Assembly (NCBI GenBank): GCA_025357055.1
Contig: JANXPZ010000003.1
Span: 1 to 63,883, forward strand
Length of the DNA: 63,883 nucleotides
DNA from: Candidatus Eiseniibacteriota bacterium
GTDB lineage: Bacteria > Eisenbacteria > RBG-16-71-46
Direction of reading: 5' to 3'
Part shown: positions 49,908 to 59,317 of the stretch, in pieces
Layout of the letters: each line of letters opens with the position of its first letter
How positions within the stretch are numbered: the stretch's first letter is position 1
Notes under the pieces: generated by a model
The model's database searches: none
The model's input: only the letters and a program-made list of their open reading frames with translations
Told to the model about the DNA's origin: nothing
Program-made: the position numbers and the translations under genes

Positions 49908-51028
49908 CGGTCACCCCCGCCGGCCGCGAGCGCCGCCGCGTAGAGCCTTTCGGTCTCGAGCACCATGCGTTCCGCGGTGAACTCCCGCGCCCAGCGCTCG
50001 CGGCCGGCCTCCCCCATGCGCGCGCAGCGCTCCGGGTCGGTGAGCAGCGCGCCGAGCGCAGCGCCCAGGGACGCGGCGTCGTCCATCGCCACGAGCGCTC
50101 CCGTGACCCCGTCCGTCACGGCCTCGGCACAACCACCCGCGCGCGTCACGGCCACCGCGCGTCCCGCGCGCATCGCCTCGAGCAGGGTGACCGGCAGACC
50201 TTCGCGCCGCGAGGAGAGCGTGAACACGTCGGCCGCCACGAGCAGGTCGGCGACGTCCTCCCGCGCGCCCAGGAAGCGAACGCTCTCGCCCAGCCCCAGG
50301 GCCTCGCGCCGGGCCTCGAGCGTGGAGCGCAGCCGTCCTTCCCCGGCGATGAGCAGGCGGCTCCCGGGCACTTCCCCCGCCACCCGCGCGAAGGCCTCGA
50401 GCAGGACGTGCTGCGCCTTCTGCAGCGTGAGGCTGCCCACGGTGAGCGCCACGCGCTCGTGGGGCGCGAGCCCGAGCGCGGCGCGCACCTGCTCGCGCGG
50501 CGGCAGGGCCGGCGCGGCCGAGATCCCGTTGAGCACCGTGACGAAGCGTCGGGCCGCGCGCGGGAAACGCGTCACGTGGCTCTCGCGCACGGTCTCGCAG
50601 ACGCACACGACGCAGGTCGTGAGCGCCGTCGCGACCCGTTCGAGGACCGGCCAGGCTGCCGAATGCCTGCCGGCGTAATGGTGGCTGTGCTCGGTGCGCA
50701 GCACCGCGCGCACCCCCGCGAGCCGCGCAGCCAGCGCCGCCGCCAGTCCCCCGGTGGGATTGTGGCCGTTCACCACGGTGACCGCCTCCTCGCGGAGGAG
50801 CCCCGCGAGCCGGCCGATGCGAGCGAGCCGGCCGCCGCCCTGCAGCACGAAGGTCCGCGCTCCGGCGGCACGTGCCGCCTCGAGCGCCGGTCCGCCGCGA
50901 TTGAGCGCGCACACCAGCGTCTCGACCCCGGGCCCGGCGTGACGCACGTGTTCCACCACCAGCGACTCCGCGCCGCCGCGGTCCATGGCCTCGATGACGT
51001 GCAGCACCCGCAGTGGCCGCCGGCTCAT
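49904..51028 (-). CDS. Glycosyltransferase family 4
   Basis: 374 aa. LRVLHVIEAMDRGGAE. C-terminal sugar-donor motif SSRREGLPVTLLEAMRAGRAVAVT. Confidence 0.8.
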   Translation of the reverse strand: MSRRPLRVLHVIEAMDRGGAESLVVEHVRHAGPGVETLVCALNRGGPALEAARAAGARTFVLQGGGRLARIGRLAGLLREEAVTVVNGHNPTGGLAAALAARLAGVRAVLRTEHSHHYAGRHSAAWPVLERVATALTTCVVCVCETVRESHVTRFPRAARRFVTVLNGISAAPALPPREQVRAALGLAPHERVALTVGSLTLQKAQHVLLEAFARVAGEVPGSRLLIAGEGRLRSTLEARREALGLGESVRFLGAREDVADLLVAADVFTLSSRREGLPVTLLEAMRAGRAVAVTRAGGCAEAVTDGVTGALVAMDDAASLGAALGALLTDPERCARMGEAGRERWAREFTAERMVLETERLYAAALAAGGGDR

Positions 51029-52266
51029 CGTCCGGCTCCGGAGGACACGGCGGGCTGGTCCGCCTCACGCCCCTCGAACAGCGCGAAGAACCGCTCGAAG
51101 CTCCGCGCCGCATCGAACCGCTCCAGGGCCCGCTGCCGCGCCGCGCGGCCGAACCGCGCCAGCGCCGCCGGATCGGCCAGCACGCTCTCGACCGCCGCGG
51201 CGAACGAGGCCGGGTCTCCCGGCTCGGCCAGCGCACCGGTCTCGCCCGGCACGATCGCCTCCTCGATGCCCCCCGCCCGCGTGCCCACGCAGGGCAGCCC
51301 CATCGCCATCGCCTCCACGATCACGTTGGGGATGCCGTCGCGGCGGCCGTTGGAGAGCACCCGGCTCGGAGAGAGCAGGAGCCAGGCCCGGCGGTAGAGC
51401 GGCAGCAGTTCCTCGTGGTCGAGCGCGCCGAGGAAGCGCACCCGGTCCGCCACGCCACTCGCGCGGGCCAGAGCCTCGAGGGCGGCCCGCTCGGGGCCGT
51501 CACCCACCAGCCAGAGCGTGGCCTCGCGCCCGCGCGAGCGCAGGAGCGCCAGCGCACGGATGGCGTCGTCGAAGCCCTTGGGTGGCGAGAGCCGGCCGAC
51601 CGTGATCAGCACGGGATCGGGGTCGGGCGCGCGGCCCGAGACGTCGAAGCGGGCGAGATCCACGCCGTGCGCGATCCACTCGACCCGGGCGCCGGGGCCT
51701 GCCAGCTCGCGCAGCATCTCCGCGTTGCCGCCTACGCAGGTCGCCACGAAATCGGCGGCGCGCACCTTCTCCGCGAGGAAGGCGCGGGTGCGGTAGAGGT
51801 CCGCGCCGGCGTGCGCGGAGAGGCTGAAGGGCCGGTCCGCGAGCCGCGCGGCGAGGTACGCCACGGTCCCCGGGAAATGGGCCCAGGCCCCGTGCACACG
51901 CTCGAGTCCCTCGCGCTCGACGAGTTGCGCCACCCGGCAGGCGGCGGGCAGCCAGAGCAGGTGGCCGACCAGCGCGTAGAGCGATCCGCGCGAAGCCCAG
52001 AGGATGCGCGCGCTCTCGCCCAGCAACGTGCCGGGGCGGCGCAGCAACCAGACGAGCACGGCCCCCCAGGCTCTCGGGTCCAGGGGTGAACCCACGGACT
52101 CCGCCAGACCCACCAGCGGCGTGTGGCGTGACTGGTACTGGCGCCCGACGCCGCGCAACGCGAAGACCCTCACCCGCACACCGCGGGCGACCAGTCGGCG
52201 GACATCATCCTCGATGAACGAGGTGAGCGTGGGGAATACCGTCGTCACAAAGGCCACCGACTTCAC
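51025..52266 (-). CDS. Glycosyltransferase family 4
   Basis: Track ORF over-extended to 53580. GTG at 52266 preceded by GGGAGGGAG (VKSVAFVTTVFP). RRDGIPNVIVEAMAMGLPCVGT. Confidence 0.75.
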   Translation of the reverse strand: MKSVAFVTTVFPTLTSFIEDDVRRLVARGVRVRVFALRGVGRQYQSRHTPLVGLAESVGSPLDPRAWGAVLVWLLRRPGTLLGESARILWASRGSLYALVGHLLWLPAACRVAQLVEREGLERVHGAWAHFPGTVAYLAARLADRPFSLSAHAGADLYRTRAFLAEKVRAADFVATCVGGNAEMLRELAGPGARVEWIAHGVDLARFDVSGRAPDPDPVLITVGRLSPPKGFDDAIRALALLRSRGREATLWLVGDGPERAALEALARASGVADRVRFLGALDHEELLPLYRRAWLLLSPSRVLSNGRRDGIPNVIVEAMAMGLPCVGTRAGGIEEAIVPGETGALAEPGDPASFAAAVESVLADPAALARFGRAARQRALERFDAARSFERFFALFEGREADQPAVSSGAGR

Positions 52267-53408
52267 TGGCTCCCTCCCCCCTTCGACCGGCACCTGACGG
52301 CGCGCTCGTAGAACTCCTGGTGCCGCCGCACCATCGCTTCGATGCTCATCTCCTCGCGCGTCGCGCGGCAGGCCGCCTCCCCGCGCCGGCGAGCGTCTCC
52401 GGGATGCGAGAGCGCCTGCTCGAGCGCATCCGCCAGCGCCCCGGGCGAACCGGGCGGCACGAGCCAGCCGGTCTCGCCGTCGCGCAGCACCTCGGGCGTG
52501 CCACCCACCGCGGTCGCGACGCACGCACGCCCTGCGGCCATGGCCTCGAGCAGCGCATTCGGGATCCCCTCCTCGCGGGAGGAGAGCACGAACACGTCCA
52601 TGCCGGGCAGCAGTCGGTCGACATCGTCGCGCTCGCCGAGGAACCGCACGCGGTCCGCGAGCCCCAGCGCGGCGGCGTGTGCTTCGAGCGTGCCGCGGTC
52701 GGGGCCATCTCCCACCAGCGCCGCGCGGAACGCGAGGCCGCGGCCCGCGAGCAAGTGCAACGCCTCGAGCAGGGTGCCGTAGTCCTTGCGCGCGGCGAGG
52801 CAGCCCACGCTCCCCACCAGCGGCGAGGCGTCCGCGCCGAGAGCGCGCCGGGCCTCCTCCGCCGGAGCGGGCGGGACGAAACGCGCGGCATCCACGCCGT
52901 TCGGGATCACGGTGATGCGCGAGCGCGGCACGCCCAGGGCGACGACGGATTCCGCCACCGCCTCGCTCACCGCGGTCACGTGCGTGGCCAGCCGGTGCGC
53001 GAGCCGCTGCGCCATGACCTGCCGGGGCGTCTCGAAAGCGTCCACGTTGCGCTTGGCCACGGCCACCACGGGCACGCCCGCCAGCCGCCCGGCGAGCGCC
53101 GCGTAGAGGTTCGGGCCGAAGAGGTAGCCGTGGATGACCTGCGGCCGCAGGTCGCACACGAGGTGCACGAGGCGCGCCAATCCAGCGAGCCCCCCGGCGT
53201 CGTAGATGCGGCGGCCGACCGCGAGGTCGCGGACCGGCCAGCCCAGCGCCTCCGCCTCGGCGAGGAACGCGCCCTCGCGCCGGAAGCAGGCGATGACGAC
53301 CTCGAAGCGCTCGCGGTCGATCCGCTTCCACAGTTCGATGAGATGGCGCTCGGCCCCGCCCGCGACGAAGTTGCCGACCACGTAGAGCACCCGGATCGGC
53401 GCGCTCAT
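52263..53408 (-). CDS. Glycosyltransferase family 4
   Basis: ATG at 53408 (MSAPIRVLYVVGNFVAGGAERH). SSREEGIPNALLEAMAAGRACVAT. Confidence 0.8.
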   Translation of the reverse strand: MSAPIRVLYVVGNFVAGGAERHLIELWKRIDRERFEVVIACFRREGAFLAEAEALGWPVRDLAVGRRIYDAGGLAGLARLVHLVCDLRPQVIHGYLFGPNLYAALAGRLAGVPVVAVAKRNVDAFETPRQVMAQRLAHRLATHVTAVSEAVAESVVALGVPRSRITVIPNGVDAARFVPPAPAEEARRALGADASPLVGSVGCLAARKDYGTLLEALHLLAGRGLAFRAALVGDGPDRGTLEAHAAALGLADRVRFLGERDDVDRLLPGMDVFVLSSREEGIPNALLEAMAAGRACVATAVGGTPEVLRDGETGWLVPPGSPGALADALEQALSHPGDARRRGEAACRATREEMSIEAMVRRHQEFYERAVRCRSKGGGSQ

Positions 53409-54424
53409 CCGACGGTCTCCCCCGCGCCCGTGGCGGCCGGCGCCCGTCGCGCCCGCAGCGACTCGAACCGCCCGTCCAGCTCGGCCAGCGCCAGCCGCGC
53501 GGAGAAGCCTCCGCCCGGACCGAGGCACGCGCCCTCGGAGAGCCCCCGGCGCAGCAGTTCGAACGACGGCGCGCCCACACGGTTCTCCCCCGCCCGCGTG
53601 GTCACCGCCCAGTCGCCCGCGGCACGCGCCGCTGCGACGCTCGCGACGTCGTGATCGCCACCCGGGTAGGCGAGTCCACGCGGCCGCTCGCCCAGCCGGC
53701 GCGCGATGAGGTCGAAGGAGCCGCCGATCTCGGCCGCCTGCTCCGGCGCAGGCAGGGTCGAGAGGAAGGGATGAGTGAGCGTGTGCGCCCCCAGCTCCAT
53801 CCCCGCCGCCCGCAGCGCGGCGCACTCCTCCCAGGTCGCCAGCTCGCAGGGCGCGGCGTCCGGGACCCCGAGACGACCGGCCAGGTCCCCGAGCAACGCC
53901 CTCTGGGCCGGGGGGGCCACGCGGAACGCCGGCAGGAGAGCCCGCAACGCGCGCCCCCGTCCCGCCTGGTCCGCCAGCCCGTGACTGCGGCCCTCATGCT
54001 CGAAACGCGCCACGCGGGACGCGACCAGCAGGTGCGCGAGTTCGTCCCACCAGGGCGCGCAGCGCTCCTCGATGAGTCCCGCGGTGAGGAAGAACGTGGC
54101 CCGCGCCCCGGCCGCCGCGAGCAGCGGCAGGGCGCGCCGCGTGTTGTCGGCGTAGCCATCGTCGAAGCTCATCGCCACCGTGCGGCGGGGCTCCCCGCTC
54201 GCCAGCCGCGCCAGCCCCTGCGAGACCGTGACGGGCGCCAGGCCGCGCCGCGCCAGCAGCGCGAGTTGCGCGCGCAGCACGCCCTCGGCCACACCCAGCC
54301 GGTAGAGCGGCCGCTCGTCCGCGCCGTAGACCCGGTGGTGCCGGATGATGACCAGGCTCGCGACCCCTCCGCCCTCCCGGTACGGCAGCTGGCTCGCGAG
54401 CCAGCGCAGCAGGCGCCCGCTCAC
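53405..54424 (-). CDS. Polysaccharide deacetylase (NodB homology)
   Basis: GTG at 54424 overlaps the ligase stop (GTGA). NodB motifs MSFDDGYADN and GAHTLTHP. Confidence 0.75.
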   Translation of the reverse strand: MSGRLLRWLASQLPYREGGGVASLVIIRHHRVYGADERPLYRLGVAEGVLRAQLALLARRGLAPVTVSQGLARLASGEPRRTVAMSFDDGYADNTRRALPLLAAAGARATFFLTAGLIEERCAPWWDELAHLLVASRVARFEHEGRSHGLADQAGRGRALRALLPAFRVAPPAQRALLGDLAGRLGVPDAAPCELATWEECAALRAAGMELGAHTLTHPFLSTLPAPEQAAEIGGSFDLIARRLGERPRGLAYPGGDHDVASVAAARAAGDWAVTTRAGENRVGAPSFELLRRGLSEGACLGPGGGFSARLALAELDGRFESLRARRAPAATGAGETVG

Positions 54425-55908
54425 GCCAGCTCCGCGCGGCGCTCGCTCACCAGGTCGTCCACGAGGGCACAGGCCAGCCAGAAATTGCCCGCGATCAGCG
54501 GGCTGAAGAAGCGGTCGCCGAAGGCGCACGAGACGGCCAGCGCCAGCGTGGCCGCAGCCACCCCGAGCGAGAGCTGGCGATCGGCGCGATCGCGCGCGAG
54601 CCGGATGCCCTCGCGCGCCAGGGTCCAGCAGCGCCACATCAGCGCCAGGAGGAGCGCCAGGCCCAGCACGCCCATCTCGCCCAGGAAGCGCAGGTACGTG
54701 TTGTGGGGAGAGTCCTTGACCGCGACCCCCAGTTCCTCGCCGGCGGCGGGCAGCACGTAGACGAGCCCCGCGAAGCCCACGCCGTCCAGCGGGTGCTCCG
54801 AGACCAGCTTGAGGATGGCCCGCCAGGTGTCCAGGCGGATCTGGGCCGAGCTCTCGAGCGCGGGACCGTCGGACGCCTCGGAGTCGAGCTGCGTGCTCAT
54901 CATGCGCTCCTTGAGATAGTCCGGGGTCCAGAGCGGCGCAGTCACCAGCACCACCAGCAGGACCAGCGTCAGCACGCGCGAGCTGCGCAGCGCGACCAGG
55001 AGCAGCGCCGCCACCAGGGCGACCACGGCGCCGCGCGAGACCGTCATCACCACCGCCAGGCAGCCGGCCACGACCGACGCGCCCACGGTGATCCGCGCCA
55101 GCCAGCCGCGGGCGGCTGGCAGCTGTGCGGCCGCGAACGCCGTGAACATCGCCAGGAAGGCGCCGAGTTCGTTGGACTGACCGAAGGATCCGACCGCCCG
55201 GCCGCCCCGCCCGTTGCGCCCGGACGCGATGGTCACCAGGGCTTCGGCGAGCAGGCCGAGCACGATGGCCCAGCCCAGGCGGCGGCGGTCCTTCGCGCCG
55301 CGCGCCATCCAGAAGGCCAGGAAGTAGAAGGCGAAGGTCGTGGCGCCGCGCATCAGGCCCCAGGCGGCCTCGGCGCCGTCGTAGCGGTAGCCGGTGGGGA
55401 ACGCCGAGCCGCGCACGATGGAGAGCCCGCACAGCACCAGGATGCCGACCAGCAGGCCCCCCAGCTGCGTGCGGCGCATGATCGGCTCGCGGGCGAAGAT
55501 GCGCCCCAGCGCCCAGCTCCCGAACACCGCGAGGAGCAGGAGGTTCAGGATGCTCACGCCGGGCACCGGGATGCGGGGCACCCACGACAGGAACGGCGTG
55601 ACCACGGGCAGCAGGAAGAACCCGAGGCGCGGGATGAGCACGATCGAGACCGCGAGCCCCCCGCCCAGCATGAGCTTCACCAGCCGATGCGGCTGCAGGC
55701 TGAAGCGATAGTCGAGCGCCACGAAGGCCACGACCAGCGCGAGGGCCAGCGACGTGCTCAACGCGACCGCGAGACCGGCGGACAACTGCCGGGCCTGGCG
55801 CCGGGCCGCACCGCGCGCCTCGGCGACCGGGGCCCCGCCGGGACCGGCGTGGTCCGGGCTCAAGCGCCGTCCCCCGCAACGCCACGCGACCGGATGCGGC
55901 GCGCACAC
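54421..55908 (-). CDS. O-antigen ligase/Wzy-like polymerase family membrane protein
   Basis: 495 aa as the maximal ORF (GTG at 55908; true start uncertain). At least 10 transmembrane segments. TVSRGAVVALV and HNTYLRFLGEMGVLG, typical of Wzy_C/O-antigen ligase domains. Confidence 0.7.
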   Translation of the reverse strand: MCAPHPVAWRCGGRRLSPDHAGPGGAPVAEARGAARRQARQLSAGLAVALSTSLALALVVAFVALDYRFSLQPHRLVKLMLGGGLAVSIVLIPRLGFFLLPVVTPFLSWVPRIPVPGVSILNLLLLAVFGSWALGRIFAREPIMRRTQLGGLLVGILVLCGLSIVRGSAFPTGYRYDGAEAAWGLMRGATTFAFYFLAFWMARGAKDRRRLGWAIVLGLLAEALVTIASGRNGRGGRAVGSFGQSNELGAFLAMFTAFAAAQLPAARGWLARITVGASVVAGCLAVVMTVSRGAVVALVAALLLVALRSSRVLTLVLLVVLVTAPLWTPDYLKERMMSTQLDSEASDGPALESSAQIRLDTWRAILKLVSEHPLDGVGFAGLVYVLPAAGEELGVAVKDSPHNTYLRFLGEMGVLGLALLLALMWRCWTLAREGIRLARDRADRQLSLGVAAATLALAVSCAFGDRFFSPLIAGNFWLACALVDDLVSERRAELA

Positions 55909-56102
55909 CCGGATCGCATCCGACGCGCACGGCCACAGCCGACGAGCCCCACCGGAAGGAACCGGGGGGCGCGGATGGCGACGTTCCTCAGAACCCGGAC
56001 ATTGCGCAACAGCGACTCCTCGAGAAGGCTTCCGGCACGCGCCGCGCGGCGGGCCTCACGCCACGGCGCTTCACCAGACCGGCCTCCGTGCCTGGGCGGC
56101 GG

Positions 56103-58346
56103 TCAGGCCCCGCCCGCCTCCTCCGGGGTGTAGCCGTAGCTCCCGGCACGGTAGCCGTAGTAGCTGGGCAGCACCTCCCCGGCGTCGTTCATCAGGATCC
56201 CGAGCACATTGTCGCGGGCCTCACGCTGCACCTTGACCCCGTACTCGGCGGCCTTGCGGACCGTGCTGCCCGCCTTGATGACGTACAGCACGCCCTCGAC
56301 CGCCCGCCCGAGGATGAGCGGATCGGGCACAGCCAGATTGGGGGGCGCGTCCACCAGCACAAGCGAGTAGCGGGGCACGACCTCCTGGAGGAACCACTCG
56401 CAGGCCGCGGTGTCCACCAGTTCGCCCACCGGCCGCTCCGAGCGGCCCGCGGCCAGGAAATCGAGGTGCGGCAGCGACGTCGCGCGCACGTGGCGCTCTT
56501 CGAAGACGCGGCTCTGCAGCATCTGCGACAGCCCCCAGCTGGCGCTCGGCAGACCCAGCGCCCGGTGCAGGGAGGGGCTGCGCAGGTCGAAGTCCACCAG
56601 CAGCACCTTCTCGCGCAGCTCGCGCGCCAGCGTGATCGCGAGGCAGGCCGTGATCGTGGTCTTGCCCTCGCCGCGCGTCGCGCTCGTGACCATCAGGGTG
56701 CGCGGCAGCGTCCGCCCGTGGGTCTTCGCCAGCTTGAGATAGATGCGCCGGAACTCGAGACCCAGCGGGCTCTCCACCTTGAGCCGGTGGATCAACCCGT
56801 CGCGCTGCACCGCGGTCCCCGCGTGCAGCACGGGCGGGTCGGCCGTGCGGGCGGACGCGCCGCGCCGGGAGGAACGCCCGAGCTCGCCGACGCGCGGCAC
56901 CGCGCCCAGGACGGGCAGCCCCAGCAGGCTCTCCACTTCCTGGGCGTCCTTCATGGACTCGTCGTGCTGCTCCACGACCAGCACGGTCCCCACGCCCACG
57001 ATCCCTCCCAGCACGAACGCCAGCACCACGATGAGCGGGCGGTTGGGCCGGGCGGGCACGAGCGGGAGCGTCGCGGGCTCGAGCACGCTGAAGCGCCCCC
57101 CCACGCGCGCGTTCTGGAACGCTTCGCTGATCTGCGAAGCCGCCGCCTGCTGGACGAAGGAGTTGTAGAGCGTCCGGTTCGCCTCGACCTCCTGCCGGAG
57201 CCTTTGCACGGCAAGGTCGCGGTCGGGGGAGAGCGACTGTTCCCGCCGGTAGCCGGAGACCTGCCGGTCGATCTCATCGTGGCCGGCCTGCTTGGCGACG
57301 AGGTCGGCCTGCGCCAGGCGCATGCGCACCAGCAGGTCGTGCGCGTCCGCCGGAAGCGCGGGCAGCGCCGCGGCGGCGCCGCGGTCCAGCTCGTCCTCCA
57401 GCTCGGCGTACTTGCGGCTGATCAGGAGCCGCACCCCCGCGCCCCCGTCGCCACCGGGCTCTGCGAGCAGGACGGCGGAGAGCTGCCGGTCGAGTTCCGC
57501 GAGTTGTGCGGCGAGAGTCGTGGTGCGCGGGCTCGAGAGCAGCTCGAGGCTGGGCTCCAGCTTCCGGCCCTGCACCTGGGCCCTGAGCCCGGCGAGCTTC
57601 TGCCGCTGCTCCTCGAGCTCGAGATTGGCCTGCTCGAGCAACCCGCGGGCGCGCCCCACGTTGGTCGCGTCCAGCTGGGGCGCATCGCTGCCCAGCGCCA
57701 CGCGCGCGGCCGCCTCCAGGCGCGACTCGCTGTCCACGAGCTTGCGCCGGTAGACCTCCTGCTGCTCGATCGAGAAGATCTGCGTGCCGCGCGTGGCCTC
57801 GAGCTGCGCCGCCTTCGAGGCCATCACGAACTGATTCGCGACCGACTCGGCGAGCCGCCGGGCGCGTTCGGCCTGGAAGGCATCGACCGTGATCTGGAAC
57901 ACATCCCCCCGCTCGCGCCGCACGTCGATGCCCTCGCGCAGGTAGTCGGTCAGGAACGCCTCGATCTGCTGCTCCGCAGGCAGCCCCGGATAGCGCTTCG
58001 CACCGGCCAGTGCCCAGGCGCGCGTCGCCGGATCGGTCTTCAGACCGGTCGCCTGGATCACGCTGCGCAGGAACGGGGTGCTGTGCAGGTGCTCGCGCAT
58101 CATCTCGGCCTGCTGGTCGCCGCTCACGCCGCCCCCCACCATCCCGCCGAGCGGCCCCGAGAGCGCCTGCGGCTGCTCCAGCACCAGCGTGACCTGGCTG
58201 ACGTAGATGGGCTTGAGCAGGAACGCAGCGGCCACGCCCACCAGCACGGCCACGCCCCAGGGCAGGAGCAGCATCCATCTGCGACGCGACAACACGCGGA
58301 TGAGCTGGCGCAGATCCAGGGGGGCGGACTCGGGGGTCACGGCCAT
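56103..58346 (-). CDS. Fused polysaccharide co-polymerase (Wzz/GumC-like) and BY-family tyrosine kinase
   Basis: ATG at 58346 (MAVTPESAPLDLRQL). N-terminal transmembrane segment plus long coiled periplasmic region, then a second transmembrane segment. Walker A SATRGEGKTT, VLVDAPP. C-terminal Tyr cluster SYYGYRAGSYGY. Confidence 0.8.
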   Translation of the reverse strand: MAVTPESAPLDLRQLIRVLSRRRWMLLLPWGVAVLVGVAAAFLLKPIYVSQVTLVLEQPQALSGPLGGMVGGGVSGDQQAEMMREHLHSTPFLRSVIQATGLKTDPATRAWALAGAKRYPGLPAEQQIEAFLTDYLREGIDVRRERGDVFQITVDAFQAERARRLAESVANQFVMASKAAQLEATRGTQIFSIEQQEVYRRKLVDSESRLEAAARVALGSDAPQLDATNVGRARGLLEQANLELEEQRQKLAGLRAQVQGRKLEPSLELLSSPRTTTLAAQLAELDRQLSAVLLAEPGGDGGAGVRLLISRKYAELEDELDRGAAAALPALPADAHDLLVRMRLAQADLVAKQAGHDEIDRQVSGYRREQSLSPDRDLAVQRLRQEVEANRTLYNSFVQQAAASQISEAFQNARVGGRFSVLEPATLPLVPARPNRPLIVVLAFVLGGIVGVGTVLVVEQHDESMKDAQEVESLLGLPVLGAVPRVGELGRSSRRGASARTADPPVLHAGTAVQRDGLIHRLKVESPLGLEFRRIYLKLAKTHGRTLPRTLMVTSATRGEGKTTITACLAITLARELREKVLLVDFDLRSPSLHRALGLPSASWGLSQMLQSRVFEERHVRATSLPHLDFLAAGRSERPVGELVDTAACEWFLQEVVPRYSLVLVDAPPNLAVPDPLILGRAVEGVLYVIKAGSTVRKAAEYGVKVQREARDNVLGILMNDAGEVLPSYYGYRAGSYGYTPEEAGGA

Positions 58347-59317
58347 CAGCGGGCGCTCCCGTGCTTGAGGTAATCCACCACCAGCCACACGTTGGCCAGG
58401 TCGCGCGAAACCGTGAGGACCTGCGTCAGCCCGATCCAGGTACTGCTCCAGGCACCGCGACCGGTGACGAAGACCACGTCGCCGGAGCGGACCACGAACA
58501 ACTCGCGCGCACCGTTCGCCAGATGGCCCTTGAGATCCACACTGAAGACCGAGGTGCCGGAGTCCTTCGGACGCATGACGCGCACGTCCCGCAGGTTGCC
58601 CAGCGGAGTGGCTCCGCCCGCCGCGGCCAGGACCATCCACAGGTTCTGCCCCCCACCGACCGGGTACAGGCCCGGCCGGGTCACCTCGCCCAGCACGCCG
58701 ACCACGTCGCTTCCGGTCGCGTTGGTCGCCGTTCCACCCCGGCCGACGGGCTCCGCGGGGACCACGATGACATCGCCCGGGCGGAGCAACGGCAGCCCCG
58801 CGTCGCTGCCCTCGCGCAGAGCGCGGGCCACGTCCACCGTCTGCGGGCGCCGCAGATCGCCCTCGCGGCGGATGATCTGAACCTGCGAGAGGTCCGCCCC
58901 GGCGACCGCGCCCCCCGCCCGGCTGATGACGTCGATCACGCCCGGCAGCCGCTCGAAGCCGTAGCGTCCCGGCGTGGCGACCCCGCCCGAGACGAACACG
59001 CTCTGACTCAGGTACTGGGTGACGGTCACCGTCACCGTGGCAGTCTGGCGCAGGTAGCTCGACAACCGGTCCGCGAGCCGCGTGGCCAGCTGGTTCGTGG
59101 TCTGGCCCCCGGCCCTGAGGGTGCCCAACGGGGGGAACGTGATGCTGCTGTCCGCACCCACCGTGACCGCGCGTTCCAGCTCGGGGTGCATCCAGACCGA
59201 GACCTGCAGGACGTCCTCGGCGCCGATCACGTACTCCGCGCCCCGCGCCGGCGCCGCCGCCAGCAGGATCACCAGTGCGCAGGTCATCCCCAGCACTCCC
59301 AGCCAGGACCGTCTCAT
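58346..59317 (-). CDS. Polysaccharide export protein (Wza/EpsE-like, Poly_export plus SLBB)
   Basis: ATG at 59317 (MRRSWLGVLGMTCALVILLAAAPARG). YVIGAEDVLQVSVW, VFVSGGV, LRPGDVIVVP. Confidence 0.8.
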   Translation of the reverse strand: MRRSWLGVLGMTCALVILLAAAPARGAEYVIGAEDVLQVSVWMHPELERAVTVGADSSITFPPLGTLRAGGQTTNQLATRLADRLSSYLRQTATVTVTVTQYLSQSVFVSGGVATPGRYGFERLPGVIDVISRAGGAVAGADLSQVQIIRREGDLRRPQTVDVARALREGSDAGLPLLRPGDVIVVPAEPVGRGGTATNATGSDVVGVLGEVTRPGLYPVGGGQNLWMVLAAAGGATPLGNLRDVRVMRPKDSGTSVFSVDLKGHLANGARELFVVRSGDVVFVTGRGAWSSTWIGLTQVLTVSRDLANVWLVVDYLKHGSAR